This document shows positions 1 through 13,724 of a stretch of 64,000 nucleotides of DNA, piece by piece. The DNA is from Laetmonice hystrix. Its lineage: Eukaryota. A model generated the notes under the pieces. It was not told where the DNA came from. It worked only from the letters and a program-made list of their open reading frames with translations, and did not search any database. How positions within the stretch are numbered: position 1 is the first letter of the stretch; each line of letters starts with the position of its first letter. A program made the translations under genes and the position numbers. The stretch covers positions 30,258,001 to 30,322,000 of the forward strand of contig OZ249436.1 of NCBI GenBank assembly GCA_965235115.1, read 5' to 3'.

Positions 1-287
1 TGCTGAATCAGTATTTGTAACTAACCTATTCCCAACATATTGTCTTACCATGTTTGCATGTAAAAAAATACAGGTTTGCTGATAAAACTGTAACTATGAA
101 AGTATCAACTTTTTCTGCAATCATCTGTGAACTTCCTCTGAAAAAGAAAGGAGTGAATGTAAGACAGAAAGAAGGAAAGAATGATAAGGGTAGAGAAAGA
201 GAGATTTTGATTGATAGATTGATTGATTGAAAGATTAAGAGGTGTTTGTGTTTGTATGTGTGTGTAACAGTATCATCTGTCTCACAG

Positions 288-428
288 ACCGAACATGTCG
301 CGTTCGTAACGGCGAATGTGAACATTTCTGCATCCCCGAGTTGAACTTCAGAGGTCGCGAGGTGGGAGTCCAGGGATGTGCCTGCTTTGCCGGATATCAA
401 TTGTCTTTGGACACCCGATCATGTTATG
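288..428 (+). CDS. Internal exon of EGF-domain single-pass membrane protein; EGF-like domain (D)RTCRVRNGECEHFCIPELNFRGREVGVQGCACFAGYQLSLDTRSCY
   Basis: ctcacAG acceptor 286-287, GTgaga donor 429; 141 nt, phase 1-1; six-Cys EGF spacing. Confidence 0.9.
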
Positions 429-490
429 GTGAGAACTGCAGCGATTCTTGAAATGAATAACTGTTTTTTTTTACTCCTTTACTCCTTAAG

Positions 491-628
491 ACCGGTCGTG
501 CACAATAAGAAACGGGGATTGTGAGCACTGGTGTATCACAGGACCGAACAGCCGAAACGGAATCCCGGATATCCAGTGCGCCTGTTTCGGAGGCTATTAC
601 TTGTCTCCAGACGAGCGATCCTGTATCG
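491..628 (+). CDS. Internal exon, second EGF-like domain (D)RSCTIRNGDCEHWCITGPNSRNGIPDIQCACFGGYYLSPDERSCI
   Basis: Pyrimidine tract and taAG acceptor 489-490, GTgaga donor 629; 138 nt, phase 1-1; clearly paralogous to the preceding exon; 62-nt intron upstream; not in the ORF track. Confidence 0.9.
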
Positions 629-2316
629 GTGAGAAAGCCGTGTTCATAATGCATGTTAACAAACACGTAGCTTCTCTCTTTGTTTTTGTTTTTTTCTCTC
701 TCTTTTCTTGGTATGTATAATGTATGTCGGTGAGCACATGCATTTATACGTATTATGATACTACACAACCCACTGTATCCGTCCTAAGTGCATGTCTGCG
801 CATGCGTGTGCCCATTTCCGGTGATCACGTGATAGTGACCGCAGTGGACGGCTGTGACGTCACGACGGATCAGGTCACAAGGTCACAGGTCACACTTTAC
901 TTTCGCTGGAACACCCAAGGGATTGCTTCCGTGTGTCGCCCTGCTAAAAGTACCAGTCCTGTGTCAATAACTGTGCTCTTCAATCTCCCATTTACCCGTT
1001 GTTACTGTTCTGTTCAGCTTGATGTTGTGTTGGTTGGAAGTAATGCGTGGTAATTTCTTTCACTTAATTTTCGTCCTTCTTAGAAAAAAAACCTCAAAGT
1101 AAATCTGTTATTAGGCATCGAGTTGCTGCTGTCAGCCGGTTGGGTTTAGAACCTCTTTTAGCGACTGGCGACTTATAAAAGTAGTTACTGTCAAGTAGGC
1201 TGATCTAGTTATCTTGAAACGTGACCCATCATCGTAGAATAACGCCCTGCCTCTTTAGAAATTAAATACCCGTTGGTGTTAGATAGTATTACCAATAGTT
1301 TACTTACAATGATGTTTGAGGCAAGAGACGGATTTTGTGTCGAATCTAACCTCATGATCTGAATTCATAAAAAGGTTACTGGGATAGGTTTATGTAGGTC
1401 TATAACCGTGTAAAGTATTGAGGCCCACATGTCAATGTTGGTGCGAACAATCAGTTGTAATCCTTTGTGTTTTTGTGAGCTTACGATGTTTTGTTCTCTA
1501 TGGTTTTGCTTATACTTGCGCCATTATTGAATTATAACTGCTATTGACCAGCATTGTTCAGTGTCGTCAAGTATTGCTTGCGGAAGCACACTAGGCTAAG
1601 TCTCCAAAATCAATAGGCATAGCTTGAGTAGAAAAAGCCAATCTTTATGAGTATGAGCTCTGTAGGTCTACGCTTTCAGACGCCCATTACTTTCAAAACA
1701 ATGGTACTTGTATAGATGGAGTTTCCCCCTTATAGCTAGAAGGGGTTAAAATAAAAAAAAAGGAAGAAGTGCTCTGTAGGCCATTGCCATGCGGCTAACA
1801 GTGCTATCACTGTGTCACAACCCCGCTCAGTGTATGGGGGCTGCTCGGGTTAACAGCCTAGGTAAACCATGTGAAGAAAATAATGTGTACTACTAACTGT
1901 GAAAACAAAAACCAACATGCATGGTGACAGTATTGCATTGGTGGAGTTTGTAATCGCGAACTATCAATGTTTACAAAATGTTTGATTCCATAGAATGTGT
2001 TAATACGAGGGAGTATGTACACGAAATCACTGTTAACTTTGTACAGGTGGACTATATAAGACACAAGGCCAAATGTAGTATACATTTTTGTGTCCACTTA
2101 GTTTTTATTTTTATTTTTTTGTGTGTAAAAATTGTGTTGTGAATTGTAAAAACAATATGATACATTCTGAGCTCTTTTTTTCTTAAAAAGGTCTGTTTAA
2201 AAAAAAGACTGGATGGCCACAGCTATAGGCCTAGTGATGAAGCTGTAAATCTGATGAGATCTTCATTTTGAATTTTAAACATTTATTCCTTTGCCCTATC
2301 CCACCTCTCTAACTAG

Positions 2317-2454
2317 ACATCGACGAGTGCTACATCCACCGCGATCCGTTTGACGAGCCGTGTAAGGAGGAGGGAGCCTTGTGTATCAACACCCCGGGTA
2401 ACTTCACCTGTATACGACTGCAGGTCAGCGTACTCGAGGGAGAGGAGGAACAGG
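2317..2454 (+). CDS. Internal exon, calcium-binding EGF-like motif (D)IDECYIHRDPFDEPCKEEGALCINTPGNFTCIRLQVSVLEGEEEQ
   Basis: ctAG acceptor 2315-2316, GTAAGT donor 2455; 138 nt, phase 1-1; DIDEC and CxNTPGxFxC cbEGF consensus. Confidence 0.88.
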
Positions 2455-2703
2455 GTAAGTGTCACATGTTATAACCAACGCGGCCCTGAATGGAAATATT
2501 AAATGATGTCACATACGTAGGCCCATGGACGCTATTCTTGAAATACCCTTCATCAACTTTTCGCATTCGATCATGAACCGATCATGTAGACCAAAGTTTG
2601 CACAATATTGATAAGAACAATGAATCTCTTAAGAGTTGCACAAATATTTTATTGTGAGAACACGTTCGGATGCTCTTCAAAAGTGTTTCTTCTCTTTGTT
2701 TAG

Positions 2704-3134
2704 CGTTAGGACAGGTGGCACCTGGCCTTGCGGTGGCGTCGGACAAGGCAGGCGACGAAGATAACGTAGTGTCGTCTGTCTCCAACATCAAGCTGTCGAT
2801 GATTGCTATGGTTGTCTGGGTGATCATCGTCACCATCGCCCTCGTCGTCATCGGCGTCTTATCATTCCGCCGCTGGCGTCGGGACTACTTTTTAGACGGA
2901 CAAAGTAATTCCGAAGGCTCGCATTCTTCATCGGCTGATACGGATAGTGAACTTGGATCAAATCTGGGCACGGAAATGGGCATGGACGGCATAGCCGGCC
3001 TTTCTAACGGCGCATTTGAACACGATGATTTGCCGCATTCCGTCAGTGTACACGGAAGCAGTGCGCCAGCGGGCAGTGACTCCTCCGCAAACTCGGACGT
3101 GTTCACGCCAGATAGTGACGCGACGAGGTTGTGA
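2704..3134 (+). CDS. Terminal coding exon: juxtamembrane region, TM helix (MIAMVVWVIIVTIALVVIGVLSF), RRWRR stop-transfer, Ser/Asp-rich tail ending DATRL
   Basis: tttgtttAG acceptor 2702-2703 in phase 1 with the upstream exon; frame of ORF 2670..3134; TGA ends at 3134. Confidence 0.88.
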
Positions 3135-5412
3135 GTCTGTGATCGCATCTTTATCAACAAATTACACTCTCATTTTATTAACACGGAAACGTGCTCCTTT
3201 ACTTGCCTGCATCAATCATGAACTACACATGCACTAGGCCATGTTCCGTGCTTCTGTCCATGTTGACTCCCACCGGATCTAGGCCCTACGGCATTCTGTC
3301 GTGGCTGCTGTCGAACGGACATCTAGGACATGTCTCGGCGACAAAATACTAAACGCGATCTTCGTGGTGATTTACAAAACGGCACAATTACTAACTAAGC
3401 GGTATCAATAAGTGTGTAGACATGTAAAAGGCAGTGCAGTGAATGACGAAATCCGCCATGCCAGTGACGTCACAAGGACCCCCCCCCCCCCAACTGAGTG
3501 ACCATCTGAACTGCAAACAGACGAGTTACAGCGTCATCGGAAGTTCTTGCTTCGACGCCGCAGAGGCGGAGCACAGTGGTCGCCACACGATGTCGAAATC
3601 GGGGTACCTTATCATTTTGCACGGATTCACTCGACAAAGGATGCGGCAGAAGGCGGACGTATTTTTATATTTCGGTACACGGTAACCGCTAATGTGTAGG
3701 TAATTAACGTGCTTCGACAACAGCCTGATGGTCATTTTCACCTGTCGTCTGTCTTAGAATTGACGTCATAAATATAGGTTCATTCCTATATCGGGTCTTA
3801 GCACTGTCTGGCGTTTTCATACGACCGGTGCTTATACAGGAAGAGGTTGTGTTTGTTAGTTGCAAAACATATTCTCATTCCGAAAACGCTACAGCCAGTC
3901 CTTCAGGTCTCTGTGTTAAAGCTTCTATTTTCCCATTGTAATGTTAACGATGCAAGCCCTTCAGTGCTCTGATGCAAAACGAACCGGGTTTTTAAAAGTT
4001 GTCGACGATAACCAATTTTAGTGAAAACACAGGTTCACTTTCTTCTTTGTTAGCAGTATACAAAGGCCGTACGAGCATACCGCCTCGTTGTCAGAAGTGT
4101 TAGCTTCATGCGTATAATACACACTTCAGCAGGAATAAGTAAATTATGTACGGGAGGCGCTGGTGGTGTGGGATCCCACGCTATAATGCTCAAAAAAACA
4201 GCTTCCAGTAGCTATCCTGACATGCTAACCGTACACGTGCGTAACTCAGGACAAGAAGGCGATGCTTGGTCTTTTTCTTTTATTTTGGAGTTCGTAGAAA
4301 CAAGAACTTTTATGGTTAACAGAAATTAGTGTTAATATTAACTATAATATTTTATCATGTCTTTGTCTTTCAATACTATGCAGAAAACGAGAAAAAAAAC
4401 TATCGTTAACGTATGTCTTTCAAGGCTTTTCGTAAAGCCCTAGCCATTGTTAGTAGATTTCCTAGCAATATAAGGACGCAGAATGACGCACATGGCACAA
4501 AGGGTCGCAGACCTTCTTTGTGCGACACCGTTATAAAGCCAAATGGTAGGCATACCAACACCATTCATCAGACCAGTATTTTATCAAGTCGAGAGTGGCA
4601 GTACGAATGCCAACATTTTATTGCTGTTTTCATAAATATATGGGTCTATGACAAGAGACCCGAGGGAGTACAACCAAAGGTTGCCCTTACACAGTCCCGC
4701 GAGTGAGGAGGAGAATTTTTTTCTTTCTATTGGTCCAAAATGTATGTCATTTTGAATGTCCCAGTGTGTGTTGTGGTCAGGATACGAGCTCAAACATTTT
4801 CATGTACAGAATTTACCTTTTGAGGTTGTATGAATGTCTGCCTTTACACACTTTTATAAACAATACATGGGCAACTTTTAGGCGGGATTCTATTATGAGG
4901 AAGAATGATGTTTGGTTTTTGCTGTCCTCGTGCTGTACATGTTTCCAATACGTTTATTTATTATGTATCTAAAAAAGGAAGTGATGATACATAGGGCCTA
5001 CGATACATGTGAGCTGTCTCCTGAAGTATGAAAAAGTTGTTTAAATGATAAGGGCCTGTTCGGTCGAAGAAGTTGAATGGACTCGATGGACGGTCTATTG
5101 GCCGCCGTCGGTCGATTTTTATTCCCATTCCGGTTGTTAACGTTTTACATTACACAACTTTTTATCTACTCCTGACAGTAGAAAACATTCATTACAAAGT
5201 GGTGCATTGTAAAAAGATGCAAGTCTGCAGCCACCCTGTGCAACTTGAAACGTATATGTCCATGGTTATAGAGTGAGCGATCTTAGATACAGTCCACAGT
5301 GCCTTTTTTGAAGAGTACGAGGTCTCAGGGTGGCACTTCCGGTAGGAGAGCGTACCGGAACTCATCACGACCATCATGTTTTCCAACACAGCATTCTGCA
5401 TCATGTGACTGC

Positions 5413-5493
5413 TACATACCGTGACGTATACGTCACGTATACATACCGTGACGTATACGTCACGTATACATACCGTGACGTATACGTCACGTA
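5413..5493. repeat. Three tandem copies of a 27-bp unit containing an 18-bp perfect palindrome
   Basis: tacataccgtgacgtatacgtcacgta x3; core cgtgacgtatacgtcacg is self-complementary. Confidence 0.95.
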
Positions 5494-6335
5494 TCACGCC
5501 ACAGTGGATGTATCAATATTGAATCAGTGGGTATCACTTGTGGGCACCATCTTTTCAGTGTAGTAGTGGAGCGGGTTCTTTCGGTTGTATTTTCGTTCTC
5601 GGTCATCTTTTTTTCTTTTTAAATGATGATAAAATGATCTTCAGGTTTATCGCATCCAAAAAGAAAAAAAAAACATATGCCACTTTAAACATTCTTTTTC
5701 AGAGAAACTTAAATTATTGTTGTAAGAACACGTTCAAACAGTGTGTTGACAAGCTGACAAACATATAGGATATTACATTGACATAGACCTTTGTTATAAC
5801 TGATGTTAAAAGAAAGTAGGAATATTCTAGCGCTAACTACCGCTATTCGCAGTCTATTCTTTATATCTGCACTGTCCTGGAAAGGGGACACGGTACCAAT
5901 TTTATAGCATATTATGAAACTTACAGGCAACCCGTCTCGTTCCAGCTGGACATGCATATATTTGGTTTCAAAGTATTCCTCATAATCATGATTTATGTAA
6001 CATTGCTATTTGCTTGACGTGGGTGAAATTTGGGTTTCATACTCGACCAGACATCAGAAGGGCAAGGAACATATCATCTTTTAATGGACAAAAAAATAGT
6101 TATACAAAGATAACAAATTTGTACCCGCTACTGTTCCGCTCCAAATATGTGTTATTTCGGAGCAGACGCGACAACATACTTTCGGCAGTGTTCTGCAATT
6201 TAACCTTCCACTTTGGTACAAAGATATTTTGTACAATGATCCATGTATGTGTATTTTTGTAGGCTTTTATGTACATGTATTAGGTTTATACTAAGGACAA
6301 GAGCTGTGCCTGGTGGTATCCACGTAACTTTATAC

Positions 6336-6341
6336 AATAAA
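6336..6341 (+). terminator. Candidate polyadenylation signal of the EGF-TM gene (implies ~3.2 kb 3' UTR)
   Basis: AATAAA followed ~30 nt later by a GT/T-rich tract; no transcript evidence. Confidence 0.35.
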
Positions 6342-6843
6342 GGAGTCAGAGTTTTAAAAGGGATATGAATTCCTTTTGTGCGTGTGTGTTTTTCAAATAC
6401 CTGTGACTTATATGTTTCAAAAGAATGTTCAACTGAATAAGATTCCTAAATGTCTCACTTTAGGATGGCCCATTTATTAACATTTTTCCTCAGAAAAAGA
6501 GTGGATCCAAGGTCAGTGTGCTCTAGTTGTATGTTTCCGCCTTGAAGGATACCGATGTCTCCTGAAGGACCTAGTTGTATGGCCGTATTAAGTCATGGTT
6601 GCGAGCACAACCTGAATATTATACTTATATACACCTAAAATACGATCCTATATAATATATCAGCGATACCTATCCACCTACCTATGGTATACGATATACA
6701 TTTTACAAACACGCGCATATAGACCTGATTGCATGGAGATTAGTAAGAAGAGAATTCAGAGAGTATGAAATAATGTGCATTTAAATAATGTTGCCATGTG
6801 TTCAACTGAAAAATTATACCCCACCCCACCCCCAAATGTCCAG

Positions 6844-6959
6844 GGCCCATTTCTTAAAATCGTAAGATCTTGCTTAAGCATCAGCTTAACGCTTCTGATG
6901 GGCTGGTCTAAGCAGACCGTTAAGCTTAAACAATATCTTACGTTTTGACGAACTAGACT
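6844..6959. mobile_element. Degenerate palindromic MITE (PIF/Harbinger-like)
   Basis: Ends ggcccatttcttaaaatcgtaagat / atcttacgttttgacgaactagact are imperfect inverted repeats; CAG/CTG flanks. Confidence 0.55.
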
Positions 6960-9900
6960 CTGGTCAGTATTTCGCTGAGACCATTTCGTCAGTCAGGCGG
7001 AGTCAGGTGGCGAATGATCAGTTGTATTGCTAATCCACTCAAGTAAAGTGAGGTCCTTGACCAAACCGCCTACTGGACTCACCAATATTCTCTACAGAAC
7101 CTTGTAAAAAGTCTTTACGTCAAGTGTACGACTACATTATGTCGGATCACTGCAGGTGATCACGCGAACAAACATGCGTGGACATGGTATCTCCTTCGTT
7201 TTAAAAGATTAAACCAAGACAATGCCTCAAAAGACGGGATGTTGGCTGATTGGAATTGTGCCACGGACAGTTGGCTAGGAGCTACATTTACAGTCAGATT
7301 CTCTGAGGTACATCATGATATAGGCCTACAATAAAAGGTATGTGCAACTCTGTCTGGATGGGTGTTCACAGGCCTATAGATAGGAGATGAGCATGATAAT
7401 GAAAAATATTACATCATATTTACGGTTAATAAAAGAAATCATATCAGTAAGATATTTCCTTAGATCTTACCCATGAAAAAAGGCATGCATATATCAGAAA
7501 GGCACAAATACAGACACAAATACAGACACATACATACATAGTATTACTACATTTGACCTGAATATGACAGTAAGCATCAAGGCAGAGCTAGAACTGGTGC
7601 ACAAACCATGCGATACGTTAAGCATTCATTGCTACCTCGAGAAGTTAGCATTCCAGCTTTCTTTGGGCGCATTCCATCGAGGCCAAAGGGTGATAGGGTG
7701 TTCGACGTACGACGAAGATTGCCTAATTAAAGAGTGTGACATGCAAGACTTCTGCGACCGTTGTCTTTGGCACTGCTTCAAAACAACTTCCCACTGAACG
7801 CGTTAAGCCAACCGGACTCGACTGCTTCGGGTTTTTTTACCCCCCGAAACACGTGAGTAAGAGATTATAAAGGATTGACGGGCAAACTGGCAATGTCTCT
7901 TCACGTTATGGCTCAATAACTTCTCTTCGCTACCAACGGACATCTTACCCCGATCTTAACGAGCGACAGTTTTTTATTTGAAGATTTTTTGTGTGTTGTT
8001 GTGAAAGCCATGCCAGGAAAAACCTTGGTACTGGTGACCGTGTTTAAATCCTGGCCGGAACATCATACTGTTGGTGCCAATTTTGCGCTCTTGCGGAATG
8101 TTAACGTCTTCGTATGCTTTGCCAGGAACAAGCCTCAATTTAATACAGGAAAGGCCTATACTGATCTGCCTGTCTGTCTTTGTGTTTTTCTTTCTTTCTG
8201 TCTTAAGCCAAACTTCGAAGATTATTGGTCAGACGGTTTTCGTTTTCGCTGGAGCGCGATGGTGAGGCGCCACCTAGCGACAATATCTTGAAGAAAGTTG
8301 CTGAGTTTCTCTTCACGACTGAAGTCAGATGACAAGGAAATTGTGGACTTCCTCTCTTCACGTGAATCTAAAGGAAGAACGGGACAAGGATAAATTAATG
8401 TCCTTAAATGGACAGCTGCAGAAGTCAGGGATTGTCTGATGCACAGCCCAGGTGAAATATGTCGACCCACCCACAGACCACCGTCCACCCCACCCACCCA
8501 CCCCGCCAAGGGGCGGACGATCCTCACCTTTGTGAAAGATCTGTTTCTCTGCTCCAGTACCTAGGATTTCCTGGTCTGTTAATCAGCCAGGCTCTGATAG
8601 ATATTCCCAGCTAGAAACATGGGGCAGGTAGGACAAGTACCGGGTACTGGTTTAAAACGGATAATGCGGGTCAGGATCTGACTCATATGTCAGATCATGT
8701 ATATGGGTTACCATGATATTTGGGGCTGACATAAGGTATGAAGTCGTAACCCTGATTAAGTTTTCAGAAACCATTGGAAAATTTTAATGAAATACCTGAA
8801 ATGATCTACTGACAGAACCGGCTAAAATTACTATGGTAATTCAGTCATTAAACCTACCGATGGCACTTGGATTGTCTATAATATTGTTGTTAGTTCTGGC
8901 CTTAGAAAGAGACTTCTAACATGTTCTAAAACAGGAGGCAGACAGACAAATATATATAGAGGAGTTGCTCGCGGTTTGCACTGTTTATTGTGTGAAGTCA
9001 AAATATCCAAATACAGAATTGCATTTACCATCTCAGATCTCGATGGATAAGCCACCTTGGCTTTGGCTGCTCCGATGTTTGAACACGATAGTCTCTTGTT
9101 CAGCCAAAATAGAAGATTAGGTTTTTAGTGGCTAAGCCCGAGCTTTAGAAGGAGACAAAGGCTTTACCCCTCCATTTGACGCTTTATTTGGGGTATTACC
9201 TTTGTAACCCTATTCCATTTTGTTTTTTTGGTACATTATTGACATGAGCCCCTTATACCCCTGGGATCTTTATCCACAAATGTAAACCAAATCCTTTTAC
9301 CGCCCCACAAAGTCAGTCCACGTAATCCCTGACTGCACGTCCATTGCCTCCACCGCCTCCGTTAGTCGTGTTGTCTCGCTGCTGACAAACAGCTGGTCGT
9401 GACAGCCGGTGTCCCACTATAGTCTACCCTCAGACCAGTGAACCGTCACCTCCCACCATCTCCCATCCACGATGTGTCAACCCTAAGCGTTCCCTCAAGG
9501 TCTCATGCCGACAGCGTGTGTTTTGTAAACCTCCCACTGCAAGCTGAGGTGCTCTCCGTCACGACACCCCAGGGGCCTGGGATTCCGTTTCGATGTCTTC
9601 GTTTTGACGCCTACAGTCTTTTTGAAGAATAGGGCTGACATCCCTCGTGTGTGTCGCTTCTTCCGAATACCAGACGTGTTTTACGGTTATTCAGACTTTT
9701 AATCAGCACCCATATATGAATAATGACTCACATGGGTAGGCCAAGTCGTGCGTTGTGGGGAGGGGGGGGGGGGGGGTAGGGGTTGAACCCTGCTTTGGGC
9801 ATCAAATGGCATCAATTGTTTCTCTTTTCTACGTAACTGACCCAAACCCCGCGGTCACCCGCGACCCGCTCGCCTGCGTGGAAAAGTGACGAGATAGATG

Positions 9901-10854
9901 TTGGAGCCATTCTCCATGATGGTTCAGAGACTGAAATTGGCGAGGGGCTCAACTCAACTTTATAATAAAACCAATTTCTACGAACAATCTTTAGAGTGAG
10001 AAAATGTGTTCTTTAGTATTGGACATAGTCCTCCTTTAAATCTGAAGTTCCTCAGAAAGTTATCTTTTACCCTCAGCAACTTTTAAACGATGAGTGAAAG
10101 TATGGAACCATGAAGTTACAACTGGCCGTCCCGTTATAGTGTTCGGACCGGACGCTATCTGCGAGGTGAGGCTCGTAGGGGATTCCTGTATATCTGACTT
10201 TAGTGGGGTATGAAATGTGATCCCGTAGGATATTTGTGCTAAAATTGATTTGTTTCTTTATCGGATGATTTGGGGTCATATTATCGGAAAATGATGGAGT
10301 TCAAATTTTCTTACCCCGACCCCCTTTTTAGGGGCCCACTCCGTCTCCCCCCGACTGACTCTGTCCCTATCTTCGCTATAATAGGCGGATCCAGGTGGCA
10401 CGGGGAGGACGTGCCCCCCCCTTTAGGTTCCCAAATTATACTCTTTTTTAAATAATGTCATATTAACATCACTGGTGCATATCTTAGGACATCATGAGTT
10501 GACATGATGAAGCAAATATAGTTACTCTCATGACACAGAAGTCATGAATTGTTTTCCTGTGCTACCCCCCCCCCCCCCTTTAGTGAATTCCTGGATTCCC
10601 CAGTGATTATGAACCTAATGTCACGATCTTAGGTCTTTGGATCATGCGGAGTCCATTTTATGACACTTTCAAATCAACCGGAAGTGATTATCACCGACTT
10701 CCGGTTACAATGGACGTCGAAGTCACAGTCATCATGGTATCGACAATCCTAGTCATATCGCGCCTCTTTATATGGAGTTTCAGGCATGGGAAGACGATTG
10801 GTGCTGTCCTTTTTTGCGATCAGACTGTCCTGTCATGATATTAGGGCACTTTAA

Positions 10855-11397
10855 AGGGACATGCTATGAAACACGTTTTTGAGGATTTCCGGCAATTATC
10901 CAACATGACCGTGTACTAGGGATCCAAGTAAATAATCCTACCACAGCATTTTGTCCTCGGACGTGTTTTCGCTGCGTATGCAGCACAAGTAGGTTCTATA
11001 CGACCAAACCTATAGATTTCTCCCAATAGCACATCTCCCGCCATTATTTGGCGGACAACCCCCCCCCCCCCCCCATCAACCCGTGTAATTGCATACTGTG
11101 TCACATCCTGTGTGTGCACTCTCTGCATGTGCATGTGCTCAGGTGCTTTGCTTAGTTGTAAACAATAATTCAGCAGTGGCACTCGATCGCCCGGCATCAG
11201 AATGCCACCCAAAAAATATTTTACGAAATCGGCAGAGAAGCAGGCAAGGGAGCGTAATAAACTTCGATTTCTCACGTAAAATGAAACTGATAAGTCTGTC
11301 TTTGTTTACTAAGCAATTTTAATGAAGGATCTCTTTATGAAAACAGCAAAAGTTCTATGAAATACCGATTTTTAACGTTTCCTCATAATATGCCCCT
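10855..11397. mobile_element. Non-autonomous DNA transposon with TTAA target duplication (Kolobok-like)
   Basis: TTAA-agggacatgctatga ... tcataatatgcccct-TTAA; AG...CT termini. Confidence 0.7.
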
Positions 11398-11822
11398 TTA
11401 AGAGAGTGGATCCGAATGGATCCACACAGTCCCAGACTTGGGGGGGGGGGGAGACACAACAGCCCACGACTCTGGGAAAGGAAATTTACCAGGCAATTTG
11501 TTGAGGCCCTTCTGGCACTCCGAAAAAAAGATCACCCGTGAAACCATTCAGGTGGACCATTTAAACCTTCATAGTTCACCAATAAGCCCCAGAAACCTCT
11601 CAAGGGGGGACAGCAATTCGGCCCTGAGCTCCCCAGTTTCACACAGCCTAGGAACTTCACTTCGGCCTTTTGGGGGTTTCTCAAACAACTCTCCGCCTTC
11701 TACGTAACTACTCTACACACTACACGTGGGACTAGAAATGACAGAAATTCCAGAATACGCTCTCATTACTTGAGATTTCTTTATATACAAACAATCATAC
11801 AGATTAGGTCTTAAAAGCAGAT

Positions 11823-13416
11823 TAGGAAAATGACTAGAGCGCCATAGACTCGCTTCAGACCATGTGACAACCCCCGTTTTCATAGTGATGACGTCATGCG
11901 TTCCCGTAATGGCGCATTCGTTTTGCTTCCGGTGACACCCCAATATCGGAATGATAGAGGCGCGGTTTCGGCAGTGTGTCAACGAGTTATATCGCTTTTG
12001 TTGCGCTATAGTTATACCACTTCGGTAGCACTACAATATCGCTTGCCATCACACTTGTTGGTGTGTCAACGGTTTCAACACCAACAATATAGATTCTAGT
12101 CATTTTCCTGCTGATACACCGAAATTATCCCGCTATAAGGTGTTGCGCTATGAACATATAGCGGCATCAGACCACCTCAGGAGCAGGAATTTCTTATTAC
12201 GCTATGGTTGCGCTTTCGTTTCATATCGGGCGTGATACACCAAACATTTGATAACGCAATAACTTTTTGTATCGCCTTGAGAGCGCTATAAAATACCGTT
12301 GACACACCAACAAGTGTGATGGCAAGCGATATTGTAGTGCTAGCGAAGCGGTATAAACCACAGCGCAACAAAAGCGATATAACTCTCGAACCCGTTGACA
12401 CTGCCAATTATCGAAACCGCGCCCCTATCATTCCAATATTGGTGTGTCACCTATCGAAAGTTATATCGCTTTTGTTGCGCTATAGTTTATACTACTTCGG
12501 TAGCACCACAATATCGCCTGCCATCACACTTGTTGTGTCAACGTATTTTGTCTCATTATTAGACATCACTTTGAAGGCGTAATTTTCTCATATCTTGTTC
12601 GTGCGGAATAAAGTGTGTAGAGCACTACTGTTGCGTTGGCAATGTCCCTGGGCCCATGACCACTATTTTGTTTGGCATTATGTTGGAGGACGGGTTGTAA
12701 CATTTTTATGAGCTAGAACATCTCCGCCAGATGCTGGGAAATAGCGTTTTTGGCCTTCCAATTTAAAAAGTTTTCCCTGCGGGAGCCTCCCAGACCTCCC
12801 TCCCCCGTGCCTGAACGGGTCGCTGCACTCTCAGCCCCCCCCCCCCCCCCACTTCTTCAGAGCTTTCGACGCCCATGAGTAAAAGAAGTGTGCACTTCCT
12901 CGACCTAACGATATTTGAAGGACATGGATTCTTATACCGTTGACACACCAACAAGTGTGATGGCAAGTGATATTGTAGTGCTACCGAAGCGGTGTAAACG
13001 ATAGCGCAACAAAAGCGATATAACTCTCGATCCCGTTGACACACTGCCAATTATATCGAAACCGCGCCGCTATCATTCCGATATTGGTGTGTCACCAGTA
13101 GCAAAACGAATGCGCCATTACGAGGGATATTATGGGAACGCATAACGTCATCACTATCGAAAGGGGGGTTGTCACGTGGTCTGAAGCGAGTCTATGGCGC
13201 TCTAGTCATTTTCCTGTTGATACACCGAAACTATTCCGCTATAAGGTGTTGCGCTATGAACATATAGCGGCATCAGACCACCTCAGGAGCAGGAATTTCT
13301 TATTGCGCTATCATTGCGCTATCGTTCCATATCGGGGGTGACACACCAACATTTTATAACGCAATAACTTTTTAGATCGGCTTGAGAGCGCTACAAAATC
13401 TCATTGTGTCAACGGT
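11823..13416. mobile_element. Cluster of one full (12936-13416) and several partial copies of a ~480-bp MITE with TIR ACCGTTGACACA
   Basis: accgttgacaca at 12936 and tgtgtcaacggt at 13405-13416; homologous pieces at ~11823-12073 (-), ~12094-12290 (+), ~12294-12450 (+), ~12455-12543 (-). Confidence 0.8.
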
Positions 13417-13724
13417 CTCCAACAAACGGATCCTACAAATGTATACACTACTCAAAACAGGTTAGGGATATAGCTTCCAATTAGAATTGTGATTGAAATA
13501 TAGAAATGAAAATACTTTTCATAAATTGTGAACAAAAGTATGGATATGTTAAGTAAAAGAAATCTAAGTAATCTTGCCAAAGAACTGTATTGCAACGATA
13601 CAAGAACAAACAATGCACCCCCCCCCTCCACACACACCCACACCCCCACCCACAAACACTAATGTCTCAATATGTTGTCATGTGACCATGAGGGTCAACT
13701 ACAGCTTGACACCGACGTCTCCTG

